From an uncultured Verrucomicrobia subdivision 3 bacterium (GTDB taxonomy: Bacteria > Verrucomicrobiota > Verrucomicrobiia > Limisphaerales > UBA11358), in NCBI GenBank assembly GCA_903858275.1, contig CAIOIC010000028.1, positions 93,173-157,172 on the forward strand: DNA of 64,000 bases. Reading direction: 5' to 3'. The position numbers and the translations under genes were made by a program. This document shows positions 32,445-42,323 of this stretch, piece by piece. Each line of letters begins with the position of its first letter. Position 1 is the stretch's first letter. The notes beneath the pieces were generated by a model that saw only the letters and a program-made list of their open reading frames with translations, made no database searches and had not been told where the DNA came from.

Positions 32445-33425
32445 TCATTTGGGCCATGACCAGTATTTCAAATCGTCGCTCCAAGCTAAACCGATGCTTG
32501 CAAAATTGTCGAAGCCGCCGCGCCGGTCTTCCTCCGGGAAATCGGAGCCGTGGAAAAAAATCAGTGCTTTGCCTGCTGTCGGGTTTATGCGGAGATCCAG
32601 GACAAAGCCCGCGGTCAGCCGTCCCTGTGCCCATGGCCACGACTTTTGGCCGAGCGCAAGCAATCCTTCGTCGCGCCATTGCTTGAGGTCTTTTGACCGC
32701 TTTACGCCGATTCCATTGGCTGGCGAATGAAAGAGCACATATTCATCGCCGTCGCGGATTACGCAGGTGTTTTCGCCTGCGGGGGTTTGTCCGGCAAAGG
32801 TCCAATTCGTCAAATCCCGCGACCAGGATCTGCTCATGCCGTTCTGCTTGAAAAAGCACCACCACTTCCCCGGTTCCTCCGCATCGGTCAGCAAAAAAGG
32901 GTCAATCATTCGGCCCATTTTTTCGCGGGGCACGTCAGGGCCTTTGACGCGTAACAATTCTGGGTCGCTCCACGTTTCGAGATCCTTGCTTCGCATCATC
33001 CATATCCGCGCGGTGGCGTTGCCGTATTTTTCTCCGTTGGGCCGGGGATAGGTGCACAGGCATAGCACCCATTCGTCGCCATAACGGACGATGTTTCCCG
33101 GGCTGCAAAAATTGCGGTTGGGGTCGCGTGGTGTAAATGGCACTGGCTCGCTCCATGAAATTAAATCGCGGCTCTTGCTCCAGGCTGTGCGGGCATAGGG
33201 CTTTCCGCCGGCTTCGGTTTTTACCACCGTGAAAAACAACCTGAACCAGCCATCGTGATAAATCGCTGCCGGATCGCGAAAGGCCGTTGTGGCATCGCCG
33301 CGAAAGATAATAGGCGAATGAATCGCTGACAGGGCAAGGCGCTCAGTTGCGTGCAGTGCCATCAATGGCACTAGAAAAAGAAAGGCAAGGAATGTGGGGA
33401 AATATTTTCGGGATAAATTTTTCAT
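32445..33425 (-). CDS. Secreted glycoside hydrolase-like five-bladed beta-propeller protein (GH43-like)
   Basis: 326 aa. Signal peptide, then FRDPAAIYHDGWFRLFFT and repeated W-containing blade motifs. The family-level call is from memory only. Confidence 0.55.
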   Translation of the reverse strand: MKNLSRKYFPTFLAFLFLVPLMALHATERLALSAIHSPIIFRGDATTAFRDPAAIYHDGWFRLFFTVVKTEAGGKPYARTAWSKSRDLISWSEPVPFTPRDPNRNFCSPGNIVRYGDEWVLCLCTYPRPNGEKYGNATARIWMMRSKDLETWSDPELLRVKGPDVPREKMGRMIDPFLLTDAEEPGKWWCFFKQNGMSRSWSRDLTNWTFAGQTPAGENTCVIRDGDEYVLFHSPANGIGVKRSKDLKQWRDEGLLALGQKSWPWAQGRLTAGFVLDLRINPTAGKALIFFHGSDFPEEDRRGGFDNFASIGLAWSDDLKYWSWPK

Positions 33426-33472
33426 TGGCCGATTTAATCCAATTGTTCACCGGGGATTGGTCTGCCTGGCGT

Positions 33473-33736
33473 TCACCGAAACCAGAAGAACACGAACAGC
33501 ACCACCAGCAAGAGGGCCGTAAGCCACCAGACCCAATGGATGTCGCGCGGCTTGGTGCGCCCGCCAAATTCGTCCTTCACGAATTCTTCGTAGTCAAAAT
33601 CTTCGTCGGGAATGCCGAGGTTGTCCGCGTGGGCGGAATCCGACCAGCCGGTCTTTTCATCGGAGCCGCAGCCGGGGCAGGCTTTCGCCTTGGGTGGCAC
33701 GGTCGCGCCGCAGTTGGGGCAAATCACCGGCGGCAT
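33473..33736 (-). CDS. Zinc-ribbon protein with a C-terminal TM helix
   Basis: CPNCG...CPGCG pair at the N-terminus, an acidic linker, and WVWWLTALLLVVLFVFFWF. Lies 7 nt downstream of the carbonic anhydrase gene. Confidence 0.65.
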   Translation of the reverse strand: MPPVICPNCGATVPPKAKACPGCGSDEKTGWSDSAHADNLGIPDEDFDYEEFVKDEFGGRTKPRDIHWVWWLTALLLVVLFVFFWFR

Positions 33737-33743
33737 GGGCCAA

Positions 33744-34379
33744 TCAGCTTTCGTTCACCAGCGGCGTGAACTGCCGCGTTTCCGGGTCGTAGGCGAACAA
33801 TTCCGCCGTGGCGATTTTGAAAAACCAGCCGTGCAATCGCAGGGAGCCGTCCATGAGCCTTTCCTGCACGCAGGGATAACTGTGCAGGCTGTCGAGGCCG
33901 AATAAGACATTTTCCTCGGCGGCGGCGGTTTCTCTGGCTGCGCCGTGCAGGTGGGCGTAATCCTTTTTCAACGTCTCCAGCACCGGCGATGCCAGCTTCA
34001 GCCAGTCGCGCAAGTGGGGTGTGGATTCGCTTACCGGCTTGCTGTCGAGCAGCGCGGTGATGGCGCCGCACTGTGAATGGCCGCAGATGACGATGTCGCT
34101 GACCTTCAGCGTGTCCACGGCAAACTCGACGGCTGCGGCGGTGGAATTCGTGTCGCCGCGCACGTTGGCGGGCGGGACGATGTTGCCGACGTTTTTTACG
34201 ACAAACAGGTCGCCTGGTTTGCTCTGCGTGATCAACTCCGCCAGCACGCGTGAATCCGAGCAGGTGATGAAGAGCGTGTGCGGGTTCTGCCCATCCTGCG
34301 ACAGCTTGTGGAACAGCTTTCGGTAATTGCCGAACTCGTCCTTCTGGAACTTGTGAACGCCTTCGATGAGCCGTTGCAT
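33744..34379 (-). CDS. Beta-class carbonic anhydrase
   Basis: 211 aa with CSDSR, HS.CG and the typical beta-CA N-terminal helix. Confidence 0.88.
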   Translation of the reverse strand: MQRLIEGVHKFQKDEFGNYRKLFHKLSQDGQNPHTLFITCSDSRVLAELITQSKPGDLFVVKNVGNIVPPANVRGDTNSTAAAVEFAVDTLKVSDIVICGHSQCGAITALLDSKPVSESTPHLRDWLKLASPVLETLKKDYAHLHGAARETAAAEENVLFGLDSLHSYPCVQERLMDGSLRLHGWFFKIATAELFAYDPETRQFTPLVNES

Positions 34380-34470
34380 GGTTTAAAACAATAAATTAAC
34401 CAGGACACACACAAAAGGGGACGCGTTATTTCCTTTTCGTGTCATTTTGTGTGTTTCGTGGTTGTAAAAA

Positions 34471-34971
34471 TCATTGCGCCAGCGTTTTGTTCTTGGCGCG
34501 GGATTCTTCCATGAGCCGCACTTTGAACTTCCTCAATTCCTCCTGCAGCCGCGCATCGCCCACCGCGAGGATTTGCGCGGCGAGTATGCCCGCGTTGCGT
34601 CCGCCGCCGACGGCGACGGTCGCCACGGGAACGCCCGGCGGCATTTGGACAATGGCCAGGAGTGCGTCCATGCCTTCAAAAGCTTTGCCCAAAATCGGCA
34701 CGCCGATGACCGGCAGGGTGGTGAATGCCGCCGTGACGCCCGGCAGATGCGCCGCACCTCCCGCGCCGGCGATGATGACTTTCAGCCCGCGTTGGATCGC
34801 GGTGGAAACATATTCTTCCAGCCCATGCGGATCGCGGTGGGCGGAGATGACTTTGGCCTCGGAGCCGATGCCGAACTCTTTCAGCGCCTCGGCGGCGGCT
34901 TTCATGGTCGGCCAGTCCGAATCGCTGCCCATCAAAATACCAACGAGCGGTTTATCCGAAGTCGAATTCAT
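34471..34971 (-). CDS. purE: N5-carboxyaminoimidazole ribonucleotide mutase
   Basis: [30 protein letters not shown]. Confidence 0.93.
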   Translation of the reverse strand: MNSTSDKPLVGILMGSDSDWPTMKAAAEALKEFGIGSEAKVISAHRDPHGLEEYVSTAIQRGLKVIIAGAGGAAHLPGVTAAFTTLPVIGVPILGKAFEGMDALLAIVQMPPGVPVATVAVGGGRNAGILAAQILAVGDARLQEELRKFKVRLMEESRAKNKTLAQ

Positions 34972-35040
34972 GGCCGAAGTTTAGCGAAAGCCGGCCTAAA
35001 TGTCATCCTTCCAAAATTTTCTGCCATGGTGTCCAAATTG

Positions 35041-35112
35041 GGTGGGGCGAGCGTCCTCGCGAGCCGTCGTGAGCCTTGGATTTGAGCGGCTCGCGAGGAC
35101 GCTCGCCCCACC
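35041..35112. repeat. Perfect 26-bp inverted repeat (large hairpin) followed by a T-run
   Basis: GGTGGGGCGAGCGTCCTCGCGAGCCG (35041-35066) and its exact reverse complement (35087-35112) enclose a 20-nt loop, followed by GTTTTTTTAAA. Confidence 0.9.
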
Positions 35113-35184
35113 GTTTTTTTAAATTGGGACAATGCCAAATTTTCTCATTTCCTTTTCCGCGCCGCTGGCAGATAAGATGGAGTA

Positions 35185-36420
35185 GTGAGCGGCTGGCAAA
35201 AAATTTCCGGGTTTCTGGCGCTGCGCCGGAACACGTCGCTTTTGCTGATTGCCCTGGTGCTGGCGGGCACTGGCGAAAAACTCTGGCTCGGCTTCGCGCC
35301 CAAATACATCGAGGTGCTGGCGCACGACATCCTGTCGGCGGCACAAATCATTTTGGTCATCGGGATTTTCGATGCGCTGCAAACCCTGCTGGGTGCGCTT
35401 TATGCCTATCCCGGTGGCTGGCTCACCGACCATTGGGGGCAACGCAAATCGCTGCTGCTGTTCAGCTGCATTTCCATCGCCGGTTACGTTTTGGTTTTGG
35501 TCTGGCAGAGTTGGATTGCGTTGTTGCTCGGCTCGTTTTTATTTCTCGCGTGGAGCGCGTTGTCGTTGCCGGCGACCTTTTCCGTCATCGCCACATCGCT
35601 GCAAAGCCATCGCCACACGATGGGCGTCGGCGTGCAATCCCTGATCCGCCGCGTTCCGATGATGCTGGGTCCGCTGCTCGGCGGCTGGCTGCTCACGCGC
35701 TTCGGCTGGACGGACGGCGTGCGTTACGCGCTCGGATTGTGCATCGGCATGAGTCTGCTGACGGTGGCGTTTCAATGGTTCATGTTCGAGCCGGACGCGG
35801 TGCTGGGCAGTCCGGCGCCGCCACCGCGTCGTCCTGCCGATTCATTTCTCGGCGTCGTCAAATCCTTCACGCCCGCGTTGCGCGAATTGCTGGTCAGCGA
35901 CATCCTCATCCGCTTCTGCGAACGGATTCCGTATGCCTTCATCATCTTGTGGGCGATGAATTCGGGTGGCGTGACGCCGCAGCAGTTCGGTTATCTGATC
36001 GCCTTCGAGATGGTCACGGCGATGCTCTGTTACCTTCCCGTTGCGCATCTGGCGGACAAATACGGACGCCGTCCGTTCGTCCTGGCGACGTTTGGATTTT
36101 TCACGCTCTTCCCGCTGACGCTGATTTGGGCGCACGATTTCAAGTGGCTGGCATTGGCGTTTGTCGTGCGTGGGCTGAAGGAATTCGGCGAACCGGCGCG
36201 GAAGGCGCTCATCATTGGCGAGGCCGCACCGGAATTGCGCGCCCGGACTTACGGCGCGTATTATCTCATCCGCGATTGCACCGTGACCAGCGGCTCGTTT
36301 CTCGGCGCGTGGCTGTGGAGCCTCAGTCCGCAGGCGAATTTCATTGGCGCGGCCATCTGCGGCGGACTGGGAACGCTCTGGTTCTGGTGGTTTATTTATC
36401 GGAAGCAAAAGCATGGCTGA
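35185..36420 (+). CDS. MFS transporter
   Basis: 411 aa, about 12 hydrophobic segments, with a G.L.D..G.RK loop after TM2. Confidence 0.8.
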   Translation: MSGWQKISGFLALRRNTSLLLIALVLAGTGEKLWLGFAPKYIEVLAHDILSAAQIILVIGIFDALQTLLGALYAYPGGWLTDHWGQRKSLLLFSCISIAGYVLVLVWQSWIALLLGSFLFLAWSALSLPATFSVIATSLQSHRHTMGVGVQSLIRRVPMMLGPLLGGWLLTRFGWTDGVRYALGLCIGMSLLTVAFQWFMFEPDAVLGSPAPPPRRPADSFLGVVKSFTPALRELLVSDILIRFCERIPYAFIILWAMNSGGVTPQQFGYLIAFEMVTAMLCYLPVAHLADKYGRRPFVLATFGFFTLFPLTLIWAHDFKWLALAFVVRGLKEFGEPARKALIIGEAAPELRARTYGAYYLIRDCTVTSGSFLGAWLWSLSPQANFIGAAICGGLGTLWFWWFIYRKQKHG

Positions 36421-36763
36421 CAACTCCTTCAAAGACTTTGTCCTCGACCAGCTCGCGGCGCTGCCGGAAGTGCGGGCGCGGGCGATGTTTGGCGCGCACG
36501 GGCTTTATCAGGGCAGCCGTTTTTTTGCGATTCTGGATGAGGGCCGGCTCTTTTTCCGGACGGACGCGGGGAGCGCGGCGGATTATGCGGCGCGTGGGAT
36601 GGCGCCGTTCACTTATGAGCAGCGCGGCCGCACCGTCACGTTCCAATATCACGAAGTTCCGCCGGATGTCTTGGAAAGTGCGGCGGAACTGGTCGGGTGG
36701 GCGCAACGGGCGATTCAAGTGGCGGCGGCAAATTCAAAAAAGCCGGCCCGAAAATCGAAATGA
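36413..36763 (+). CDS. TfoX N-terminal domain protein
   Basis: The start is taken at ATG 36413, an 8-nt overlap with the MFS gene. FKDFVLDQL....V..R.MFG..GLY..G..FA pattern. Confidence 0.65.
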   Translation: MADNSFKDFVLDQLAALPEVRARAMFGAHGLYQGSRFFAILDEGRLFFRTDAGSAADYAARGMAPFTYEQRGRTVTFQYHEVPPDVLESAAELVGWAQRAIQVAAANSKKPARKSK

Positions 36764-36841
36764 AACAGCATTCCGGCGGCAGTCGGGTTTTTCAGGAAAA
36801 GAAATTTTTACTTTTGGCGGCGGCGGTATAGTTTTCCCCTC

Positions 36842-38302
36842 ATGGCCGTCCAAAATCTCATCGTCAAGGTGCAGAAGCGCAATCGCGCGCTGGTGAGGTT
36901 CGATGCTGACCATATTCGGAAGGCAATTTTCCGCGCGGCGGAATCCATCGGCGGTTTTCGAAGCGATTTTCTGCCGGGCATCAACGACCAGATTTTTCAG
37001 ACGCACAACACGGATCAAAGCCTGGCCACCTTCCTGGCGGATGCAGCCGTGGTCTGCCTGAATTCCAACCCGCATCATCTCATCTCCAATTTTCCGCCGA
37101 CGATTGAGACGATCCAGGACGAGGTGCTGCATGCGCTGCGCAGCTATGGTTTTCAAAATACGGCGGATGCCTACGAATGTTACCGCTGGGGCCGCCACTG
37201 GCTGCGCGAAGGGGCGCTGACGCAGGAGCAGTTCGTGGCTAATGGTTTTCCGGCGGATCGTATGTGGCGGACGCTGGAGGAAAACCGGCGGCTGGGTGTG
37301 GACACCGTGGCGCGGCTCAATGAAACCGTGTGCAGCGGTCGCATCAAGGCTGTTATCGAGGAGTCGCTGGCGCTTTATGAGGCGTCGCTGGACGAGGCGG
37401 CGAGGAAAATCATGGCGCGGCTGGGCGGGGTTGAACCGTTGCGGATGATCTGGATCAGCGGGCCGACTTCTTCCGGCAAGACGACGACGACCGTGAAGCT
37501 CACGCAGCGGCTGGAAAAAGCGGGGTTGAATTTTCTGATGCTGAATCTGGACGATTATTTCTGGTCGCTGGTGGAGCATCCGACGGACTGGCTCAACGAC
37601 CGGAATTACGAGACGCCCGAGGCGCTGGACTTTCAACTGCTGAACCAGCACCTGCGCGCCTTGCTGAACGGCGAAACCATTGAGAAGCCCGTTTTTAGTT
37701 TCAAGGAAGGCCGCCGCGTCGCCACCAAGGCGGTCAAGCTGGGGCGCGATCAGGTTTTGCTGCTCGACTGTCTGCATGGATTTTATCCGCCCATCACGGA
37801 AGGCATCCGCGCGGCGGCGCAGTTCCGATTGTTCATCGAGACGCAGAACGTGCTTTACGAAGGCGACGGCAGCGCGCTGCGGTTGACGCATTTCACCGAT
37901 GTGCGGCTTATCCGGCGGATGCTCCGCGACACGCATCATCGGAACCACAGTGCGCTGCGGACGATTTTACACTGGCATTACGTTCGCGAAGGCGAGTTGT
38001 TCAGCATCATTCCGCTCATGGGGCTGGCGGATCATGTCGTCAATAGTGGGTTTCCTTTTGACCTGCCTGCGCTGAAGCCGTTTTTTATCGGTGAAAAAAG
38101 CCTGTTGCCGCCCCCGGAAGCGCTGGCGGAATACGGTGGCTTTCTGGATGCCCGCATCCGCTTTGAGCGCGTTCGGGCTTTGCTTAAGTCGGTGGAAGGG
38201 TTCACGCCGGGGCAGGCGGGGGATTCCCAGTTTATTCCGGGCGACGCGGTCATTCGTGAATTCATCGGCGGTAGCACCATCAAAATCCCGCACAACGAAT
38301 AG
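36842..38302 (+). CDS. ATP-cone domain fused to a uridine-kinase/PRK-like P-loop kinase domain
   Basis: N-terminal VQKRNRALVRFDADHIRKAIFRAA (ATP-cone-like). Walker A ISGPTSSGKTTT. NLDDYF and ETPEA.D blocks like the uridine kinase family. Confidence 0.65.
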   Translation: MAVQNLIVKVQKRNRALVRFDADHIRKAIFRAAESIGGFRSDFLPGINDQIFQTHNTDQSLATFLADAAVVCLNSNPHHLISNFPPTIETIQDEVLHALRSYGFQNTADAYECYRWGRHWLREGALTQEQFVANGFPADRMWRTLEENRRLGVDTVARLNETVCSGRIKAVIEESLALYEASLDEAARKIMARLGGVEPLRMIWISGPTSSGKTTTTVKLTQRLEKAGLNFLMLNLDDYFWSLVEHPTDWLNDRNYETPEALDFQLLNQHLRALLNGETIEKPVFSFKEGRRVATKAVKLGRDQVLLLDCLHGFYPPITEGIRAAAQFRLFIETQNVLYEGDGSALRLTHFTDVRLIRRMLRDTHHRNHSALRTILHWHYVREGELFSIIPLMGLADHVVNSGFPFDLPALKPFFIGEKSLLPPPEALAEYGGFLDARIRFERVRALLKSVEGFTPGQAGDSQFIPGDAVIREFIGGSTIKIPHNE

Positions 38303-38415
38303 GCGTGTCTCGCATTCCATTTCGAAGGCCGGTTTGAAAGCGCGCACAAAAGACAGGCCAATAAATCTTGCCCTTTGGCCTTCATTAACTAAACTGTCCG
38401 ACCAAATTTTATTAT

Positions 38416-38763
38416 ATGAACATGAATCATTTTGCGGAAATTTTGGCGTTCGCCGCGCCGCCAGCCAACAGTCAGGGTGCGCAGCAACAGAACCCCATCA
38501 TGGCGTTCCTGCCGATGATCCTGCTCGTCGTCGTGTTTTATTTCATCCTTATCCGCCCGCAGCAGAAGCGCGCCAAGGAGCAGGCAAAAATGCTCTCTGC
38601 GCTCAAGTCCGGCGACAAAGTGATCACGTCCGCCGGCATCGTCGGCTCGGTGATTACCGTCAAGGATACGACCGTTTCCATCCGTTCCGCCGATTCGAAG
38701 TTTGAAGTCACCAAGGCTTCGGTGGTTCAGATTCTCGACGCCAGCACCCCGACCGAATCCTGA
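38416..38763 (+). CDS. yajC: Preprotein translocase subunit YajC
   Basis: TM helix followed by FYFILIRPQQKR.KE...M...L..GD.V.T..G..G. Confidence 0.9.
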   Translation: MNMNHFAEILAFAAPPANSQGAQQQNPIMAFLPMILLVVVFYFILIRPQQKRAKEQAKMLSALKSGDKVITSAGIVGSVITVKDTTVSIRSADSKFEVTKASVVQILDASTPTES

Positions 38764-38769
38764 TTCTTC

Positions 38770-41313
38770 ATGAAAAGCAATAATTTGAGCCGTTTCCTGC
38801 TCGTCATCGCGATCATCGCCTGGTCGCTGTATCAGGTCTATCCGCCTGCCTCGCGCAATTTGGTGGAGGAATTTTCCCGCCGCGCGCAAAATCAGGACGC
38901 GGTATTCAAGGATATTCTCGCGCGGACGGACGTATTCCAAAAGGCCGGCACCAACAACGAGTTTGTGGCGTTGCAAACCGCCACCGGCACGAACGATTTG
39001 CAGAAATACTTTCCGTTCATTCCCGCCAAGAACCAGCTTTACCCGAACACCTTCATCCTGAACAAGCTTCAGCGTGACGCGTCGGGCAAAATTAAATTGG
39101 GCCTGGATTTGCAGGGTGGCACGTCATTCCTCGTCGAGATGAACACGAATGTTTTGTTCTCGGCGGACACGAACAACATCCGCCAGCGCTCCGAAGTAAC
39201 CAGCGCCGCGTTGTCGCAGGCCGTCGAGGTGTTGCGCAAGCGCATTGACAGTTTTGGCGTGGCGGAGCCGGTCATCCAGTCTGCTGGCGGCAACCGCATC
39301 CTCATCCAGCTTCCCGGCCTTTCGCAGTCGGTCAAGGAAAGCGCCAAGGCGCAAATCCAGAAGACCGCATTTTTGGAATTCCGCATCGTGCACGAGCGCA
39401 GCAATGAAATTGTGGATGAGCGCACCGGCGAAATTCATGAGCCGGTGCCGGCGGGTTATGAATTGCTGAAACGCGTCGACCAGCTTCCGAACAACCAGAC
39501 CAAGGTTGAATATGTCGTGGTTCGCAAAAAGCCGGAAAACGGTCTTTCTGGCGACATCGTGAAAAGTTCGATGGTCGTTCGCGGCAACCTCGGCGAACCG
39601 CAGATTGATTTCACCCTCACCGCTGATGGCGCGGTTAAATTTGCCAAAACCACGCGCGAAAATATCAATCACCGCCTGGCTATCGTGCTGGACGGCGAAC
39701 TGTATTCCGCGCCGAATATTCAGGGCGAAATTCCTTCCGGCAACGGCCAGATCACCGGGCAGTTCACCATTGAGCAGGCGCAGGAACTGGCGAACGTGTT
39801 GCAGAATCCGCTGAAAGCGCCGTTGAAAATCGTCTATTCCAGCGATGTCGGCGCAACGCTCGGCAAAGACTCCATCCGCAGCGGCATCAAAGCTTCCGTT
39901 TACGGCGTCCTGTTCGTATCCGGCTTCATGCTGGTTTACTACCTCTTCGCCGGTCTGGCGGCCAATGTCGCGCTCATCACCAACATCATCATTTTGCTCG
40001 GCGTCATGTGTTCCGTCGGCACCACGTTCACGCTGCCCGGCATCGCCGGCGCCGTGCTCACCGTTGGTATGGCGGTGGATGCGAACGTGCTGATCTATGA
40101 ACGTATCCGTGAGGAACTGGGCAAGGGCAAATCGCTGAAAGGCGCGATTGACGCCGGTTACGCCCGCGCGTTCGGGACGATTTTCGATTCGCACGTCACC
40201 ACGCTGATTTCGTCCATCATTTTGATTTTCATGGGCACCGGTTCCATCAAGGGCTTCGGCGTGACGCTGACGATTGGCGTGGCCGCCAGCTTGTTCACGG
40301 CGCTGGTCGTGACGCGGATCATCTTCAATTTCCTCACCGACCGGAACCTGATCAAATCCCTGCCGATGATGCACATCATCCGCAGCACGAAGATTGATTT
40401 CATGAAGCTGGCGATGCCGCTGGCGATTGCCACCACGCTGTTCACGGTGGGCTCGATGGGCTACGGTTTCACGCGCGGTGAAAAATTGTTTGGCGTGGAT
40501 TTCCTCGGCGGCGATAGCACCCAGTTCACTTTTGCCCAGAAATATGACGAAAAAGACATCCGCGCCGTGCTGACGCCGATTGGCGAAAAAGACGCGCAAA
40601 TCCAGTATCAAAAGGGTGACAGCATGGAAACGCTGTCCATCACGACCGGCAGCGGTTCCTCGGAAAAAGTCGAGGCGTTGCTGATGGAAAAACTGCCGGC
40701 GGCGAAGTTCCACGTCATTGGCCGCCAGCAGGTCGGTGCTACGCTGGGCAAGGAAATTCAGCAATCAGCCATCGTTGCCTCGCTGATGGCGATGTTTGGT
40801 ATCTTGGTTTATGTCGCATTCCGCTACGAATTTTCCTTTGCCGTGGCGGCTGTCATCGCTGTGTTGCATGACGTCCTATTCACCATTGGCGCTTACTGCA
40901 TTGCCAATGCCGTTTCCGGCCGTCAGTTCAATGCCACGGTCGTCGCGGCGGTGCTGACCATCATCGGCTTTTCCATCAACGATAAGATCGTCATCTTCGA
41001 CCGGATCCGGGAAGACCTGAAGCTCGGTGTGCGCGGCACGTTCCGTGACATCGTCAACCAGGCGGTGAACCAGACGTTGAGCCGCACGATTATCACCAGC
41101 GGCACGGTGTTCCTTGCCACGATGTCGCTGTTCATCTGGGGCGGGGGCGTCATCAACGACTTCGCCTTCACCTTCCTGATCGGCATCATTGTCGGCACCT
41201 ATTCGTCCATCTACATTGCGAGCGTCATCGTCTTGAAGTGGCACAAGGGTGAACGCCCGGCCATCGGCGCCTCGCAGGTCACGGTGCAAAACGCGCCGAC
41301 GGCAAAAGTCTGA
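38770..41313 (+). CDS. secDF: Fused protein-export membrane protein SecDF
   Basis: 847 aa. SecD periplasmic domain (LGLDLQGG), then two 6-TM SecD/SecF modules. Confidence 0.93.
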   Translation: MKSNNLSRFLLVIAIIAWSLYQVYPPASRNLVEEFSRRAQNQDAVFKDILARTDVFQKAGTNNEFVALQTATGTNDLQKYFPFIPAKNQLYPNTFILNKLQRDASGKIKLGLDLQGGTSFLVEMNTNVLFSADTNNIRQRSEVTSAALSQAVEVLRKRIDSFGVAEPVIQSAGGNRILIQLPGLSQSVKESAKAQIQKTAFLEFRIVHERSNEIVDERTGEIHEPVPAGYELLKRVDQLPNNQTKVEYVVVRKKPENGLSGDIVKSSMVVRGNLGEPQIDFTLTADGAVKFAKTTRENINHRLAIVLDGELYSAPNIQGEIPSGNGQITGQFTIEQAQELANVLQNPLKAPLKIVYSSDVGATLGKDSIRSGIKASVYGVLFVSGFMLVYYLFAGLAANVALITNIIILLGVMCSVGTTFTLPGIAGAVLTVGMAVDANVLIYERIREELGKGKSLKGAIDAGYARAFGTIFDSHVTTLISSIILIFMGTGSIKGFGVTLTIGVAASLFTALVVTRIIFNFLTDRNLIKSLPMMHIIRSTKIDFMKLAMPLAIATTLFTVGSMGYGFTRGEKLFGVDFLGGDSTQFTFAQKYDEKDIRAVLTPIGEKDAQIQYQKGDSMETLSITTGSGSSEKVEALLMEKLPAAKFHVIGRQQVGATLGKEIQQSAIVASLMAMFGILVYVAFRYEFSFAVAAVIAVLHDVLFTIGAYCIANAVSGRQFNATVVAAVLTIIGFSINDKIVIFDRIREDLKLGVRGTFRDIVNQAVNQTLSRTIITSGTVFLATMSLFIWGGGVINDFAFTFLIGIIVGTYSSIYIASVIVLKWHKGERPAIGASQVTVQNAPTAKV

Positions 41314-41330
41314 TTCTCTGATTCAAGACC

Positions 41331-42323
41331 ATGCTCGGATTCATCGCCATTACCCCCTGGCATTGGGCGGGATTCCTTGTCTGCGTCTTTTTTTTCCTGG
41401 CGCTGGATCTCGGGGTGTTTCATCGCCACTCGCATGTCGTCAAATTCAAGGAGGCGCTGGGCTGGTCGATATTGTGGGTGACGCTGTCATTTGTCTTCGG
41501 ATTGCTCATTGGTCCGGCGTTTATTTCCGGCTGGGAAAAGCAGGATTCCATTGAGTTTATCACCGGTTACATCATCGAGTTGTCCCTCTCGATGGACAAC
41601 GTCTTCGTCATCGCGCTCATCTTCACCTACTTTCGCGTGGCGCCGCAATATCAGCATCGCGTGCTGTTCTGGGGCATTCTCGGTGCGCTGCTGATGCGCG
41701 GCGCAATGATCCTCGCTGGCGCGGCGCTCATCCAAAAATTTCAGTGGACGCTCTATCTCTTCGGCGCGTTCCTCGTCTTCACCGGCGTGAAAATGCTGTT
41801 CACCGATGACGAAGGGGTGGAGCCGGAAAAAAATCCCGTCATCCGCCTGGCGCGGAAAATCTTTCCCGTGTCCGATGAACTGCACGGCGAAAAATTTGTC
41901 GTCCGCGTGAAGGGCCGGACGATGCTCACCACCCTGGCGCTGGTGTTGATCATGGTGGAGACGACCGATTTGGTGTTCGCGCTCGACTCCATCCCGGCGA
42001 TTTTTGCCGTGACCACCAAGCCGTTCATCGTTTTCACCTCGAACGTCTTTGCCATTCTCGGCCTGCGCTCGCTGTATTTCGTGCTGGCCGGCGCCATTCA
42101 GTATTTCCGTTACCTCAAGATCGGGCTGTCGGTGGTGCTGGTCTTCATCGGGATCAAAATGCTGGTGGATCCGCATCACCACGTCCCGGAAAAATGGTTC
42201 CAGATGGAAATCTCCACGCCGGTCTCGCTGCTCGTCGTCGCCGCGATCATCGCCACCTCCATTCTGCTTTCCATCACCGCCACGCGCCGCGAGCAAAAAG
42301 CTGCGCAAGGCCGGGCTAAATGA
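41331..42323 (+). CDS. TerC-family integral membrane protein
   Basis: 330 aa with the E.SLS.DN.FV and DS.PA repeats typical of TerC/Alx. Confidence 0.85.
   Translation: MLGFIAITPWHWAGFLVCVFFFLALDLGVFHRHSHVVKFKEALGWSILWVTLSFVFGLLIGPAFISGWEKQDSIEFITGYIIELSLSMDNVFVIALIFTYFRVAPQYQHRVLFWGILGALLMRGAMILAGAALIQKFQWTLYLFGAFLVFTGVKMLFTDDEGVEPEKNPVIRLARKIFPVSDELHGEKFVVRVKGRTMLTTLALVLIMVETTDLVFALDSIPAIFAVTTKPFIVFTSNVFAILGLRSLYFVLAGAIQYFRYLKIGLSVVLVFIGIKMLVDPHHHVPEKWFQMEISTPVSLLVVAAIIATSILLSITATRREQKAAQGRAK

Noticed and set aside
35076-36896. 606-aa plus-strand ORF
   Set aside because: It is out of frame over the MFS transporter and TfoX genes. The Arg/Ala/Gly-rich translation has no TM pattern, whereas the 35185-36420 frame gives a convincing 12-TM protein.
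41314-41330. yybP-ykoY (Mn) riboswitch expected upstream of a TerC-family gene
   Set aside because: Only 17 nt separate secDF from the terC-like start, so there is no room for a riboswitch.
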